The notes under the pieces are model-generated. The model searched no databases. It saw only the letters and a program-made list of their open reading frames with translations, and was not told where the DNA came from. DNA of 64,000 nucleotides from Bryobacterales bacterium (GTDB lineage: Bacteria > Acidobacteriota > Terriglobia > Bryobacterales > UBA6623): positions 2,336,001-2,400,000 of the forward strand of contig OY729428.2 in the NCBI GenBank assembly GCA_963422375.2, read 5' to 3'. The position numbers and the translations under genes are program-made. Below, in pieces: positions 21,920 through 33,293 of this stretch (the stretch's first letter is position 1; each line of letters opens with the position of its first letter).

Positions 21920-22678
21920 GGCAGGGCTGGCAGCCCGCCGCCCCGGACAGGGGCGCGGGGGAGCTGCGCCCGGACAGGCGCGGATTCGACCCTCCGGGCC
22001 TTGCTGCGGTCGCTCCGCTCCCTGCGCAAGGCCCGGAAGGTCCCCGTTCCGGAAACGGGGCACGCATGCCCGCCTGCCCGGGACGCGGCCCCCCGCTGCG
22101 GCCCGGCAGCGGCTTGTCCGGCGCCGCTGGATCTGCTACTGTGGTCCTAGTATCCCAGCCCACCGCCCCTTACCCGCGTGTCGCACTTCGGAGTTGAATG
22201 GGCGCTTTGATTACGTACGGGACGTTTCTCGTGCTATGATCGTGCGGAATAGCTGGGTGACACAGGGTCGAGAGGATGTGGGTTTTGTCGATGCAGCTGA
22301 GATCCAGAACGTGGAGAAGTCTGGCAGCCGTGCGATCCGCCATTGGATCAATGAGCAAATGATGGGAACATCCGTCACTGTAGTCTTGGTGGGATCGCAT
22401 ACATGTCGCAGCCGTTGGGTCCGGTATGAAATCGAGTTGAGCGAAGAGCGATGTAATGGCTTGCTCGGAATCGACATTAGCAAAATCAAGGATTTTGCCG
22501 GGAATACGAGCTCCTGTTGTCGCATGATGCCAATCGGCCATCCGTTCTACCGATGGAATCGTGATCACGGGTACCAGAGTCTCGGAAAGTAGATTGAATG
22601 GGCAGCACGGTCAGTCGGGCGCTAGGGACTTCAGGTCAAGTGCCAGATCATCTTGATTCGGAATCGCGAAGCATTGCA

Positions 22679-24737
22679 GTGTTCGCGACACCTGACAGAG
22701 GGGAGAGACGCGACATATATGACGACATGATCATTGATCAATCCGAGTTTGAAGAGGAAGAATTGGCCGTGCATCCACGGTACTCAATTACGACTTATGG
22801 AGTGGATTTATCCGTAGATAGTGTGGCACGGCGCCTAGCGAGAGGAGACATTGTCCTGCCGATTTTCCAGCGGGGCTTCGTATGGAGCCTCACACAGGCA
22901 TCAAGATTTGTCGAATCCTTGTTGCTAGGACTTCCCGTACCGGGAGTCTTCTTGTGCAATCAACCTGCAACTCAAAGACTGATGATTGTCGACGGAAATC
23001 AGCGGCTTCAGACGATATCAAGTTTCTATATCGGAAAGAATCCGTAATCAGCCGTTGGCATTGGCTAGCGTGGAATTGTCACTACAAGGATTGACATATC
23101 AGACCTTGGATGAGGATGATTGACGTGCCCTAGATCGTTCGTTTCTGCACACAACCGTGTTTCATCAGGAACAAACAACAAGTGATAAGAGTAGAATTTT
23201 TCAAGTGTTTGAGCGCCTAAATATGACTGAAATTCCGCTTTCCACGCAAGAAATTCGAGCATGTCTATACCGAGGGTCTGTCAACGATCTTCTAAAATAT
23301 TCCTGATTACCAACGAACGTCAGCCGAGGATATGCTATACTGAAGGAGGTCGGAAATCCCTGATAGGAAAGGGGATAGCAGCTGAAACGCAATCGCGTGC
23401 AATGCCAGAAGGGACTCAGCCCGGGCAAGTTCCTGCAGCGCTACGGCAGCGAGGGGCCATGCGAGCAGGCCGTCTTCAAGGCCCGCTGGCCGGACGGCTT
23501 CCGCTGCCCGGAGTGCGGCTCCCGGCGGCACTGCCGCATCCGCTCCCGCAAGCTCCGGCAGTGCCATGCCTGCCACCGCCAGACCTCCCTGGTCGCCGGC
23601 ACGATCTTCGCCGCCACCAAGCTGCCGCTGACCGTCCGGTTCCTGGCTATGCACCTGCTGACGCAGGGCCAGCACGGCGTTTCGTCGCTGGAACTGGCGC
23701 GGCAGCCGGGCGTGAGCCGGAACACGGCTTGGAAGATGAAGCACAAGCTCTTGCAAGTGATGAAGGAGCGCGACGAGCGCCTGCCGCCGGGCGGCATCGT
23801 GCAGGTGGACGACGCCTGCTGGGGCCTGCTGGGGCGGGGAGCGGAGCGGCGGCAAGCGCGGGCGCGGCGGGCAAGACGCCGTTCGTCGCCGCCGTGCAGG
23901 TCACCGCCGACGGCAAGCCGGCAAGGATGCGCATGAGCAGCGTGGCCAGCGTGGCGGGCTTCCGCAAGAAGACGCTGGCAGCGTGGGCCGGGCGGCACTT
24001 GCAGCCCGGCACGGAGGTGCATTCCGACGGCCCGGCCTGCTTGCAGGGCGTGGCCGGCGCCGGCTGCGAGCACGTGCCGACCGTCACCGCAGGCGGGCAG
24101 CGGAGCTGCGGGGATTCCCGCTTCGTCCGGGTCAACGTCCGGGTCAACACGATGCTGGCGCACGTCAAGCGGTCCCTGGCGGGAACCTGCCATGCGCTCG
24201 ACGGCAAGCACCTGCCGCGCTACCTCGCCGAGTTCCGCTACCGCTGCAACCGCCGCTACGACCTGCAGGCGCTGGTCCCCCGCCTGCTCCACGCCTCCGT
24301 GCGCACCCCGCCCAGGCCTTACCGCCTCCTAACCTTGGCTGAGTCTTGTGGGTAATCAGGTAAAAGAATACTCTAGACCTCTTCGACACTTCTTGAACTG
24401 GTATATGGAATCGAACGCCAACGCAAGCGGAGAATGAGTAGAAGAGCATCGCATGAAGTTTTATCATGCTGTAGAAATCGCTTCTCGTTACTTGAGGAGG
24501 GATGGGTTTTGTCAAGGTTCAAGGTTGAATTCTGCGATCACTGATGCAATGTTAGTGGGCCTGATGTGTCGTATCGATCATGGGAGCATCAAGCATCCAA
24601 GTCGACTGCGAGGTGTTGCCATTGATCTTCGAGACTCCTCAGAATTTGCTAGCGTAGTCCATCGTAACACAACAAATATCAACTCTGTTCAGAGTAGGAT
24701 TCAGCAAGCTTGCGAAGCCTTCTGGAGGGTTGCATGA
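22679..24737 (+). pseudogene. DUF262 (GmrSD N-terminal/ParB-like) protein, disrupted
   Basis: FQRGFVW, VESLLLGLPVPG, VDGNQRL, then after a frameshift (~23040) and a stop, FQVFERLN...QEIR. IS1595 inserted; C-terminal part resumes at 24361. Low GC. Confidence 0.85.
23302..24360 (+). mobile_element. IS1595-family element, copy 3 (start codon ATG->CTG, frameshifted, no TSD)
   Basis: Both IRs present; flanks AAAATATT and TAAAAGAA do not match. Confidence 0.95.
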
Positions 24738-25170
24738 ATCCAAGCAGGGAGCCGCAGGGAATCTTGGCAGAAGTCAGAAGAGTAGTGGCAGAGCTGCTCG
24801 GTCCGTCCCGGCCGCTGGCGTTGCCAAGAAGGCCCTCCCGCTCGAACTCCCCCTGCCCTCCTCGCCCCCCCGGCCCAGCCGGTGCGACAGCCCAGTTGAC
24901 GGCCGCTCGAGACGCCAAGGCGTCCTCGGATGTGGGAAGCTCGCATTGGCGGCAGCTGCGGCGCTGGGCGTATCTGACTCTGCCGAGGCGTGGGGGGAGG
25001 AGCCTGCCGGCTGGCCGTCCGCCGAACGGACTGTCCCGTCACCGCCACGCCCCGTCATGGGGGCTGCTGGTGCGTCATCCTCAGCGAATCCAGCCTGTCT
25101 GCAATCGGCGGCGGAGCGGCTGACAAACTGTGGGCCCGGCCATCACGGTCGGTACAATGGAAGCGGGACG

Positions 25171-25962
25171 ATGCCGGAAGAGCTGCTATTCGAGAAGCGC
25201 GGGCGCGTAGCGGTGCTGACCTTCAACCGGCCCGAGAGGAACAACGCCCTGACGCCCGCCATGCGCGAACACTACTTCGATCTGCTGGATCGATGCAGGG
25301 ACGACCGGAATGTCCGCGCTATCGTGCTGACCGGCGCTGGCAAGTCGTTCAGCGTGGGTGCCGACGTCGAGTCCCTCAAGACCTCCGGCGAGCACACGAT
25401 CAACAGGATTCGCCAAGCTGGCCGCCCCGTTCATTACTCGCTCTCGATCCCGAAGCCGATCATTTGTGCGATCAACGGCGGCTGCGCCGGCGTCTCGCTA
25501 GTTCACGCGCTTTGCTGCGACGTCCGCTTCGCGGCGGCGGGAGCCAAGCTCACCACCGCCTTCGCCCGTCGCGGCCTGATCGCGGAGTACGGTATCTCGT
25601 GGCTGCTGCCCCGGCTGGTAGGCCAGGCCAGGGCGCTGGACTTGCTCCTCTCGGCGCGGGTCGTGACCGCTGAGGAGGCCGAGAGAATCGGCTTGGTCAA
25701 CGCCGTCTTCCCGCGCGACGGATTGCTTGACGCTGCGCTTGCATACGCGGCGGACTTGGCTGCCAATTGCTCTCCGGCCTCGATGGCGACGATCAAGCGC
25801 CAAGTGTACGCCGACTACGACCGCTCTGTGGACGATGCGGCTACGGCCGCCCTCGAGGAGATGGTTGACTCCCTGCGCCGACCGGACGTGCGGGAAGGAG
25901 CGTCGAGCTTCATCGAGCGGCGCCAGGCGGAGTTCCCGCCGTATGGCGGCAACGCCGAATAG
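25171..25962 (+). CDS. Enoyl-CoA hydratase/isomerase family protein
   Basis: LTFNRPERNNAL, LTGAGKSFSVGAD, PKPIICAING, AEEAERIGLVN. Confidence 0.92.
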   Translation: MPEELLFEKRGRVAVLTFNRPERNNALTPAMREHYFDLLDRCRDDRNVRAIVLTGAGKSFSVGADVESLKTSGEHTINRIRQAGRPVHYSLSIPKPIICAINGGCAGVSLVHALCCDVRFAAAGAKLTTAFARRGLIAEYGISWLLPRLVGQARALDLLLSARVVTAEEAERIGLVNAVFPRDGLLDAALAYAADLAANCSPASMATIKRQVYADYDRSVDDAATAALEEMVDSLRRPDVREGASSFIERRQAEFPPYGGNAE

Positions 25963-26048
25963 CGATCGGGACCGGGCGGTCGACCGGTGTTCTGCATGCC
26001 GAGCACCGAACGGCTCCGCGACACAGCGCGGAATCCAGGAGTTGACCC

Positions 26049-26822
26049 GTGAAGGCGTCCGCCTATCCCAGTGACCGGCCGGTCCACCGCCGGACCGACG
26101 AGGTCGGGCGCGAGTTCGACGAATGGGTGCGGACTGGCAAGGCAGACGGGATGGAGCGTCGTCACAGGCGGCTGGCGGAGCTCATGCTCCAGCGCGTCGA
26201 ACTCTCCGCCGACTCCCGGGTACTTGACATCGGCTGCGGCGATGGCTGGACCGCCCGGATGCTCGCAGACCGCACCCAAGGTGGGGCGCTCGTCGGCATC
26301 GATGTCTCAGCCGAGATGGTCCGAACGGCGAGGCGCCGGTGCGAGAGCATCGATCACGCGCTGTTCGCCCCGGCACCGGCCGAAGAGGTCCCATGGGCCG
26401 AGGACTACTTCACACATATTCTGAGCATCGAGTCCGCATATTACTGGATTGACTTAGCTTCTGCCGTACGCGAGATGTATCGCGTGGCGGCGTACGGCGG
26501 ATCGTTCCATGTTCTCATCAACTACTACGAGGAGAACCCGTACTCGGAAGGCTGGGACAGCGAGACTGGCCTTCCCATGCATCGGCTCTCTGCGGACCAA
26601 TGGTCGGAAGTGTTTCGCGTGCAGGGCTTCTCGGACGTCGAAACGGATCGGATTCCGGACGACAGTCCGGTCTCTCCCTTCAAGCGTCCAGCGGAGCGAA
26701 AGCGGCGCATCGGCCTCCAGAGGACCGGCGCATTGTACGTCACCGGGCGAAAGGCTGACCTGCCGCAAGCATCGAACGCCCTGCGCCGACCGAGTCCGAA
26801 TCCCTTCCGGATCCTTGGCTAG
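26049..26822 (+). CDS. Class I SAM-dependent methyltransferase
   Basis: VLDIGCGDGW, GIDVSAEM, SIESAYY. Confidence 0.85.
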   Translation: MKASAYPSDRPVHRRTDEVGREFDEWVRTGKADGMERRHRRLAELMLQRVELSADSRVLDIGCGDGWTARMLADRTQGGALVGIDVSAEMVRTARRRCESIDHALFAPAPAEEVPWAEDYFTHILSIESAYYWIDLASAVREMYRVAAYGGSFHVLINYYEENPYSEGWDSETGLPMHRLSADQWSEVFRVQGFSDVETDRIPDDSPVSPFKRPAERKRRIGLQRTGALYVTGRKADLPQASNALRRPSPNPFRILG

Positions 26823-27453
26823 TGCGAGCGACGCCACGCATCAAGACCAGACGCCGCAGCCGCGTAGCCTCGAGCTTCTGCCTTCGGAGGACTTCCGGCG
26901 GTACACCCTCCGTCAAGCCAAGAGATATGGCGCATCAACGCTACCTACCGCGCTACAGTTTCCTAGCCAGCAGCGCCGGACCGATTCCCGCCCAGTCCTA
27001 AGGGTGTTACGTCGCAACTTGGGACGTCGGTGTTTGGTTGCCCACCCCGCGCCTGCATCGCGCGTTCGAGACTTGAGTCCTGCACCATCCGAGGCGAGCG
27101 ATCAGGGCTCCCTCGGCAAGCACGTGCCTGCATTCAATGCTCCGTGCTATAAGGGACCCATGAGCGGACACCCGAGCGAGGAGTACAAGTTGGAGCGCAG
27201 CTTTCCGCTTGGCTTCAACGAGACATCGCCGATTCCCGTCCAGAGCCGTTCTACATCCCCGGCCGACCGGGACGACGAGGCATCAAGAAAGGCAGAGCGA
27301 AAGCTAATGGAACAGTCGCCCGTACCGTACGCAGTCCTTCGGCATCCCCTCGGGTGGCCAATCGCCTCGTAGCCGGGCAGTCCGGGCGCGGAACTCGAAG
27401 CCGGCCGCAACTCGCGTGACGAAGCGCCTCCGGAACTTACGAATAGCATAGGG

Positions 27454-28119
27454 ATGGAATTCGTGCTCGTGCCGGCAGGGAGGTTCCGCATGGGCTCGCC
27501 GGAATCCGAAGAAGGTCGGTTCGGAGACGAGGGCCTCGTACGCGACGTGACGATCAGCGAGCCCTTCTACCTAGCCAAGACTGGTGTAACGGTGAGGCAG
27601 TGGAAGGAATTGATGCAAGTGGACCCGTCAGAATCTGGCGCAAGCGGGGACGACTGCCCGGTGGGCGGTGTCTCTTGCTATCGCGTGAACCAGTTCATCT
27701 GGAAGCTGAATAAAGGAGAAGGTAGCGAGAGATACCGCTTGCCGACGGAAGCCGAATGGGAGTACGCAGCCCGCGCGGGGACAGAGGATGCACGTTACTC
27801 TCCCACGCTCGGGCAAATCGCTTGGTACAACGGTAACGGCGGTACTGGAAGGCAACCGGTCGGGCGCAAGACGCCCAACGCCATGGGGCTCTACGACATG
27901 CTAGGCAACGTGTTGGAGTGGGTGTCGGACTGGTATGGACCTTATTCGCTGAATGCATTGATGGATCCGCCAGGTCCCTCGACTGGCCCCAGCCGGGTGG
28001 CCCGCGGCGGAAGCTATGACAACGGTCCGCCGGGCTGCCGGTCCGCCAGCCGCTTCAAGTACGGACCCGGCAGCAGGTACGACAACTTAGGCTTCCGCTT
28101 GGCGAGGACGGTGGGATAA
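27454..28119 (+). CDS. Formylglycine-generating-enzyme (SUMF1/FGE-sulfatase) domain protein, possibly N-terminally truncated
   Basis: TNSIGMEFVLVPAGRFRMGS, RLPTEAEWEYAARAG, GLYDMLGNVLEW, RGGS, GFRLAR. The frame is open upstream to a stop at 27370-27372. Confidence 0.85.
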   Translation: MEFVLVPAGRFRMGSPESEEGRFGDEGLVRDVTISEPFYLAKTGVTVRQWKELMQVDPSESGASGDDCPVGGVSCYRVNQFIWKLNKGEGSERYRLPTEAEWEYAARAGTEDARYSPTLGQIAWYNGNGGTGRQPVGRKTPNAMGLYDMLGNVLEWVSDWYGPYSLNALMDPPGPSTGPSRVARGGSYDNGPPGCRSASRFKYGPGSRYDNLGFRLARTVG

Positions 28120-28649
28120 CGGCTTGGGTCGGCACGAACGGTGGCTTGATGGCTGCGCAGACGCGGCTATCGCCCGCGAAGCCGGTTCGGTGAGCCGGAT
28201 TCGTCTCGTCGCGTTACCGGAACGGGCCAGTCGCAAGAGGGCTCGCTGACCTACTACCCTCGTGCGTCGCAACGTGGCGTCGAGCCTGTCGACCGGAGCC
28301 GAGTGACCCGTCTTGCCGACGGACATGAAGGCTATTGCCGATGCGATCTTGCACGGCACTCTTCGACTTGGTCCCGGAAGTGGCTGACATACACGGTCCC
28401 GTCGCGGCAGCCGCAAGAAGCCGATTCGACAGGACGGCCAGCACGATTCAGAGCAACGCTGTCCAAGAAACGGCGACACGGCTATCGCATCACCATATCA
28501 ATCCGGACTTCGCGGGCTCACGGGCATAGCGTTCGGCACGCTTGACGCCAGGGAAAACCTAGTCTGGATTGTCTATCAACGGGAAGGAATCATCTAGGGG
28601 GAGTAGCCTATGTGGTCCGGGCTAGGGATGGCGTCTCTATTGATCAACA

Positions 28650-29681
28650 CTATTGGTGCCGACAATGCAGATAGAGGACTGCACCGATCTCAGTTCCGTT
28701 CGCGAACACAACGCTCTCATTCTGTCCGCTGGCAATCTCAGAAACTGTGTGCGTAGAGTAATCGACGCGATTATTCACACGTGTTTCCCCATTGTTATAG
28801 GAGAACATCTCCACTTTGCAGCCGAGACCAAGCTGATTCTCAATATTGATCGCGAGAGTCTTGTCGCCGAATAATTCCGGTAAGACGGTCTGAATCCACT
28901 CGATAGACTCCGGAATACTAGTGTAGATGGATGCGAGGGACCCGCTATTTCGAATCGAGATCGCACTGTTGATTTCCGAATAGGCCAAAATCCCTACCTG
29001 CTCCCACCGTCCGGAAACACGCACCAAGAGGGGTCCACCGCTGTCTCCGGTGGCCGATCGCATGAAAAACGATCCCGCGGTGCAGATTGATTTCTCGTCG
29101 GCCGCTCCTTTGTCCACGACGTCTTGCGGGCAATCGTAGATCGGCCACTCCACCTTCCGCGGCGCGGACGGAGTGCTTCCGTCTCCCAGTTCACCCCAGC
29201 CAACCGCGGTTGCCATCGTGCCGGGCATCGCATGCATTCGCTGTGATTCCAACAAGAGTAACGGAACATACGCTACCCCTGGCCCTCGAGCGGGAGAGGC
29301 GAGCCTCAAGAGGGCTATGTCGTTGCGCTGGCCGCTCTCGGTTCGCGAATAGTTGGGGTGGATTATGATTTTCCCGACTCTCGCCGTGGACTCGCCAACG
29401 CTGATCGCGTGCGAAACGGTCAGCGTTTGGATGGGAAGCGGTTCGATCACGTTGGAGAAGGTTACGCAGTGCGCAGCAGTGAGGACCCACAGGTGGTCGA
29501 TCAGAGTTCCCGTGCATCTGCCGGCCAAGGTGTTGACTCGTACGAGGAACGGGAACTCCTTCGTCGACGTCACTTGGCCCCCGGCGATGTGCCGTGATTC
29601 TAGGTCCTGCGATTCCGCGATGATGGCTGTCGGCGCTGTCATCAAGGCCAGGGAAAGAAGTAGCGGTTTCATCTGAAACAT
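28650..29681 (-). CDS. Secreted trypsin-like (S1) serine protease
   Basis: Signal peptide, IAGG mature N-terminus, CTGTLI...LTAAHC, DIALLRL, GDSGGPL. Lower GC. Confidence 0.9.
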   Translation of the reverse strand: MFQMKPLLLSLALMTAPTAIIAESQDLESRHIAGGQVTSTKEFPFLVRVNTLAGRCTGTLIDHLWVLTAAHCVTFSNVIEPLPIQTLTVSHAISVGESTARVGKIIIHPNYSRTESGQRNDIALLRLASPARGPGVAYVPLLLLESQRMHAMPGTMATAVGWGELGDGSTPSAPRKVEWPIYDCPQDVVDKGAADEKSICTAGSFFMRSATGDSGGPLLVRVSGRWEQVGILAYSEINSAISIRNSGSLASIYTSIPESIEWIQTVLPELFGDKTLAINIENQLGLGCKVEMFSYNNGETRVNNRVDYSTHTVSEIASGQNESVVFANGTEIGAVLYLHCRHQ

Positions 29682-31288
29682 GGAATGCCCTTTCTCGGAC
29701 GTGTGCGACACGTTCGACCCTCGACGCTCAGCCTCCCACGCCTACGGCAGCGCTGGTCGGGCTGTCGAAGAGAGTTGGACTAACGAGGGCTCCGTGCGGT
29801 TTCACTTAGCTTGGGATTTCGCAAGGCCGAGCCTGCTTGGTTCCATCGGGCTCGCAGGCCACCCACGCCTGCTCGCGTGCTCCGGGACGGGCAGGGCTGC
29901 TCGCCGGCCTGTAAGAGCACTCGGGGCGCGGACGGGCAACACCGTCAATCTGCTGTCCGGCTTCCGCCGACCCGGCGGGAGGCAGTTCCAGCGGCCGGGC
30001 ATTGAAGTGCCCCGAGCAGGAAGGGAGGGATGCACGGATTCCCCTGGTGACGACCGGCATCGGGTGTGAGTCGAATGCCCCATTCCGAGAGTCTGGTCCG
30101 GACAGGCATTCGGGACGGCAGGGGCAACGGAGGCTGCGAAGGAATAGTGCGTCGACGGGAACGGCGCGAACGCTCCGCCTAGGCTTGGGCAACAGGGCTG
30201 GACAGTATGCTACGGACCGGCCATTCGGGTAGAGATGCCCCCAGCATGCGGCATTCCAACGAGACGACCACGGCGAGACGGCGCCAACCCCGGCTCGCGG
30301 GCTCCGACTCCGGTCGGCGGGTGACCGCGAACGACGTACCGGTAAGGCCTAGCGGCACCTGCATCACGTCAGTGTCGAAAGGCTGGGTGCCAAGCCCTCG
30401 GGGCGGAGAGGCGACGCTCCGCTCCCTCGAGACCTGCTCGTACCAGCTGTGACTACGGTTCAGCCGCAGCAGGGCCTGTCCGCGATGGCTCCTCGTCCGT
30501 CGCTTGCGCCGGAATGCGAGCGGGTCGGCTCCGCCACGCCGGTCGAACTCTCGATCGGGTGCCGAGACTCGCTGTTGAGACTCCCGAATGAATCCGTCAA
30601 GGCGAGAACTTCCGCTCCGAGGCCCGCCGGTGACGTCGCCAGGTGAGACACTCCCGGCAACGCCCGTTGCACTTCGAGAGCCGAATCGCCGTCCCGTGTC
30701 CGCTGTCTCCGTCCGGGGCTATGGCCCGCGACCTGTCGCCGGTCACTTCACTTGACTCCCTGTGCCACCGGACGAATCGCCGCGCGGGCCGGTCCCACGC
30801 GGCTCCATAGGTCCAGCCATCCATGCGACATCCGATAGGGACACCCACGGGATGCCCGAGTCGTGCGACACGGGTGGAGCCAGGCAAGTTCGCGAGACCT
30901 CACTGGTGACGGAGTGCATGTGGTCTGGAGAATCGTTCGTGACGCCTCGCTCTTGTTCGAGTTGCCCCACTCGGCCGACCGACGGGGCAACCGAGCGTCT
31001 CCGGCCGCTCGATCAGATCGCGCCACTGCAGCAGGTAGCCAACGTCGAGCTCGCGGAGCGCCGGGGTGGGCACGAAGCCAGACGAGCAGCGTGCTCTGTT
31101 CCCGTGTCGCTGGCGCGATACTGGCGTTCGCCTCTATCTCTCCAAATCAGGCGCGGCACCCCCGGCCGAGGGGCTCGTCGCCGGGCGGACTTCGAGATGC
31201 CCCAAGTACGGCGGACCAGACCGGCATGCCGGACCGTCGTTGCATGGCATCCCGCTGCAACAAGGAATCGCTACGCTACAGTGAAGCG

Positions 31289-32932
31289 ATGCTCCGCTCG
31301 GCGGCGACCCTCGCCCTCGCCTCTCTACTCGGCTGCGTCGCGCCGTACCCGGAATCGGATCAATCCAGCATGGACTTTAGTGTCAAGGTGAAGGACTACG
31401 TATCCGTCAGGCTGGAGGCCGACACCAGCGCGCTGACCGCCGGGCAGAAAGCTATGATTCCAGTGCTGGTCGAGGCCGCAGCGATCATGGACGGCCTATT
31501 CTGGCAGCAAGCCTTCGGGGGCAAGGAACAGTTCCTGCGCGGGATTGCAGATCCGAACGCCCGGCGGTTCGCGGAAATCAACTACGGGCCGTGGGACCGC
31601 CTCGGTGCCAACCGGCCGTTTCTGGCGGGCTTCGGGCCCAAGCCTCCCGGCGCGAACTACTATCCTCCCGACATGACCAAGGAGGAATTCGATGAGGCGG
31701 CCAAGGCCGAGCCAGAGTTGCGCAGCCAGTACGCGCTGATTCGCCGGGATTCCGCAGGCGCGCTGATTGCCGTCCCGTACCACAAGGTATTCCAAGAGGA
31801 GCTATCGAAAGCGGCCGCGCTATTGCGGCAGGCGGCTGGAATGGCCGAGCACGGCGGCTTCCGGCACTACCTCAAATCTCGCGCAACCGCCCTGGAGACG
31901 AACGACTACCAAGGCAGCGATTTCGCTTGGATGGACATGCGCGGCAACGCCATCGACATCGTTATCGGTCCGATCGAGTCGTACGAGGACAGGCTTTTCG
32001 GCACCAAGACGGCATTCGAGGCCTACGTTCTGATCAAGGACCGGGAGTGGAGTTCGCGCTTGGAAAAGTACTCCTCCATGCTGCCGGAGCTGCAGGACGG
32101 CCTGCCCGTTCCCGAGCGGTACAAGTCCGAAGAGCCGGGGGGCGATTCGGAGCTCAATGCGTACGACGTCATCTACTACGCCGGCGATTGCAATGCAGGC
32201 GCCAAGACTATCGCCATCAATCTGCCGAACGACGAGCAGGTCCAGTTGGAGGTAGGCTCTCGCCGGCTTCAGCTCAAGAACGCGATGAAGGCCAAATTCG
32301 ACAGCATCCTACTCCCGATCGCGGAGGTGGTGGTAGCGAAAGAGCAGCGTCCCCAGATCGATTTCGACGCGTTCTTCGCGAATACCATGTTCCACGAAGT
32401 CGCCCACGGACTTGGCATCAAGAACACGGTCGAAGGGAACAGGACCGTGCGCGAGGCTCTGCGCGAAGCGGGCTCGGCCTTGGAGGAAGCGAAGGCCGAC
32501 ATTCTCGGATTGCACCTCATCGGCCGCCTCGAGGACTCGGGCGACCTGCCCGAGGGCAGCTTGGGCCGCAGTTATGTCACCTACCTTGCCGGGATCTTCC
32601 GCTCGATCCGATTCGGGTCTTCCAGCGCGCACGGTTCGGCCAACACCCTCAGCTTCAATTTCCTCCAGCGCAAGGGAGCGTTTTCCGCAGACGGCGATAC
32701 TGGCAGGTATCGCGTGAACGTCCACAGCATGCGATCCGCTGTCGACGCCTTGTCAGGCGAGATTCTGCGCATCCAAGGTGATGGCGACTACGAGCGAGCA
32801 ACGCAGTTCTTGCACGACCTAGGACAGGTGGAACCACCGTTGCAAGGAAGCCTCGACCTGATTGAGGCGGCGGACATTCCGGTCGACATCGTGTTCGAGC
32901 AGGGTCGCGGGACAGCGTCCGGACAGGAATAG
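31289..32932 (+). CDS. Zn-dependent peptidase, M49/dipeptidyl-peptidase-III-like lipoprotein
   Basis: Lipobox LLGC, NYGPWDRL, GPIESYED, IAINLPNDE, FHEVAHGLG, LEEAKADI. Confidence 0.85.
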   Translation: MLRSAATLALASLLGCVAPYPESDQSSMDFSVKVKDYVSVRLEADTSALTAGQKAMIPVLVEAAAIMDGLFWQQAFGGKEQFLRGIADPNARRFAEINYGPWDRLGANRPFLAGFGPKPPGANYYPPDMTKEEFDEAAKAEPELRSQYALIRRDSAGALIAVPYHKVFQEELSKAAALLRQAAGMAEHGGFRHYLKSRATALETNDYQGSDFAWMDMRGNAIDIVIGPIESYEDRLFGTKTAFEAYVLIKDREWSSRLEKYSSMLPELQDGLPVPERYKSEEPGGDSELNAYDVIYYAGDCNAGAKTIAINLPNDEQVQLEVGSRRLQLKNAMKAKFDSILLPIAEVVVAKEQRPQIDFDAFFANTMFHEVAHGLGIKNTVEGNRTVREALREAGSALEEAKADILGLHLIGRLEDSGDLPEGSLGRSYVTYLAGIFRSIRFGSSSAHGSANTLSFNFLQRKGAFSADGDTGRYRVNVHSMRSAVDALSGEILRIQGDGDYERATQFLHDLGQVEPPLQGSLDLIEAADIPVDIVFEQGRGTASGQE

Positions 32933-32944
32933 CCGACGGCATCG

Positions 32945-32966
32945 GCCCGCCCGTTCCAGGGCGGGC
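32945..32966 (+). terminator. GC-rich hairpin after the M49 gene
   Basis: GCCCGCCC-6nt-GGGCGGGC perfect stem 13 nt after the stop; no U tract. Confidence 0.3.
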
Positions 32967-33293
32967 GGTCATCTCGGAGTAGCCTGAAGCGCTCGCGAAG
33001 CACCTGCATCGCTTGGACGCACGCTTGTCCGCCGACCGTGACCGGGAAGCAGCTTCGATTCCCGGCTTGGTCGGTGACCGCGGCGCCAATTCATAGGCGC
33101 TAGGTCATTCGGGCCTAGACTGAATTGGACGCGGGCTAGTGCGATCGCTTGCGAGGCGAACCTGCGAGACGTTCGGATGTCTCGTCCCAGTCGGTCGGCG
33201 CCTGCGAGAACGGGTGCGGCGGCTCCAAGGACTGGGCGGCCTGACCCAGCACGAGATTGAAGTCACGCCATGCGCCGGAATGGCGGCGGCGCC

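Larger units (their letters stand above)
20751..22204 (+). mobile_element. IS30-family element, copy 1 (full length)
   Basis: Perfect 30-bp IRs CGCCCATTCAACTCCGAAGTGCGACACGCG; 3-bp TSD CTT at 20748-20750 and 22205-22207. Confidence 0.95.
20725..22625 (+). pseudogene. TIR-domain protein (DUF1863/MTH538, Thoeris ThsB-like) interrupted by IS30
   Basis: Removing IS30 and one CTT gives [27 protein letters not shown]...GTSVTVVLVG...WVRYEIELS...NGLLGI. TAG at 22590-22592 (probably ex-TGG) precedes the likely native end IEWAARSVGR*. Confidence 0.9.

Noticed and set aside
27454..28119. FGE-type C-lectin-fold protein as a diversity-generating retroelement target
   Set aside because: No reverse transcriptase and no second copy (template repeat) of its 3' end seen in the window; a remote DGR cannot be excluded
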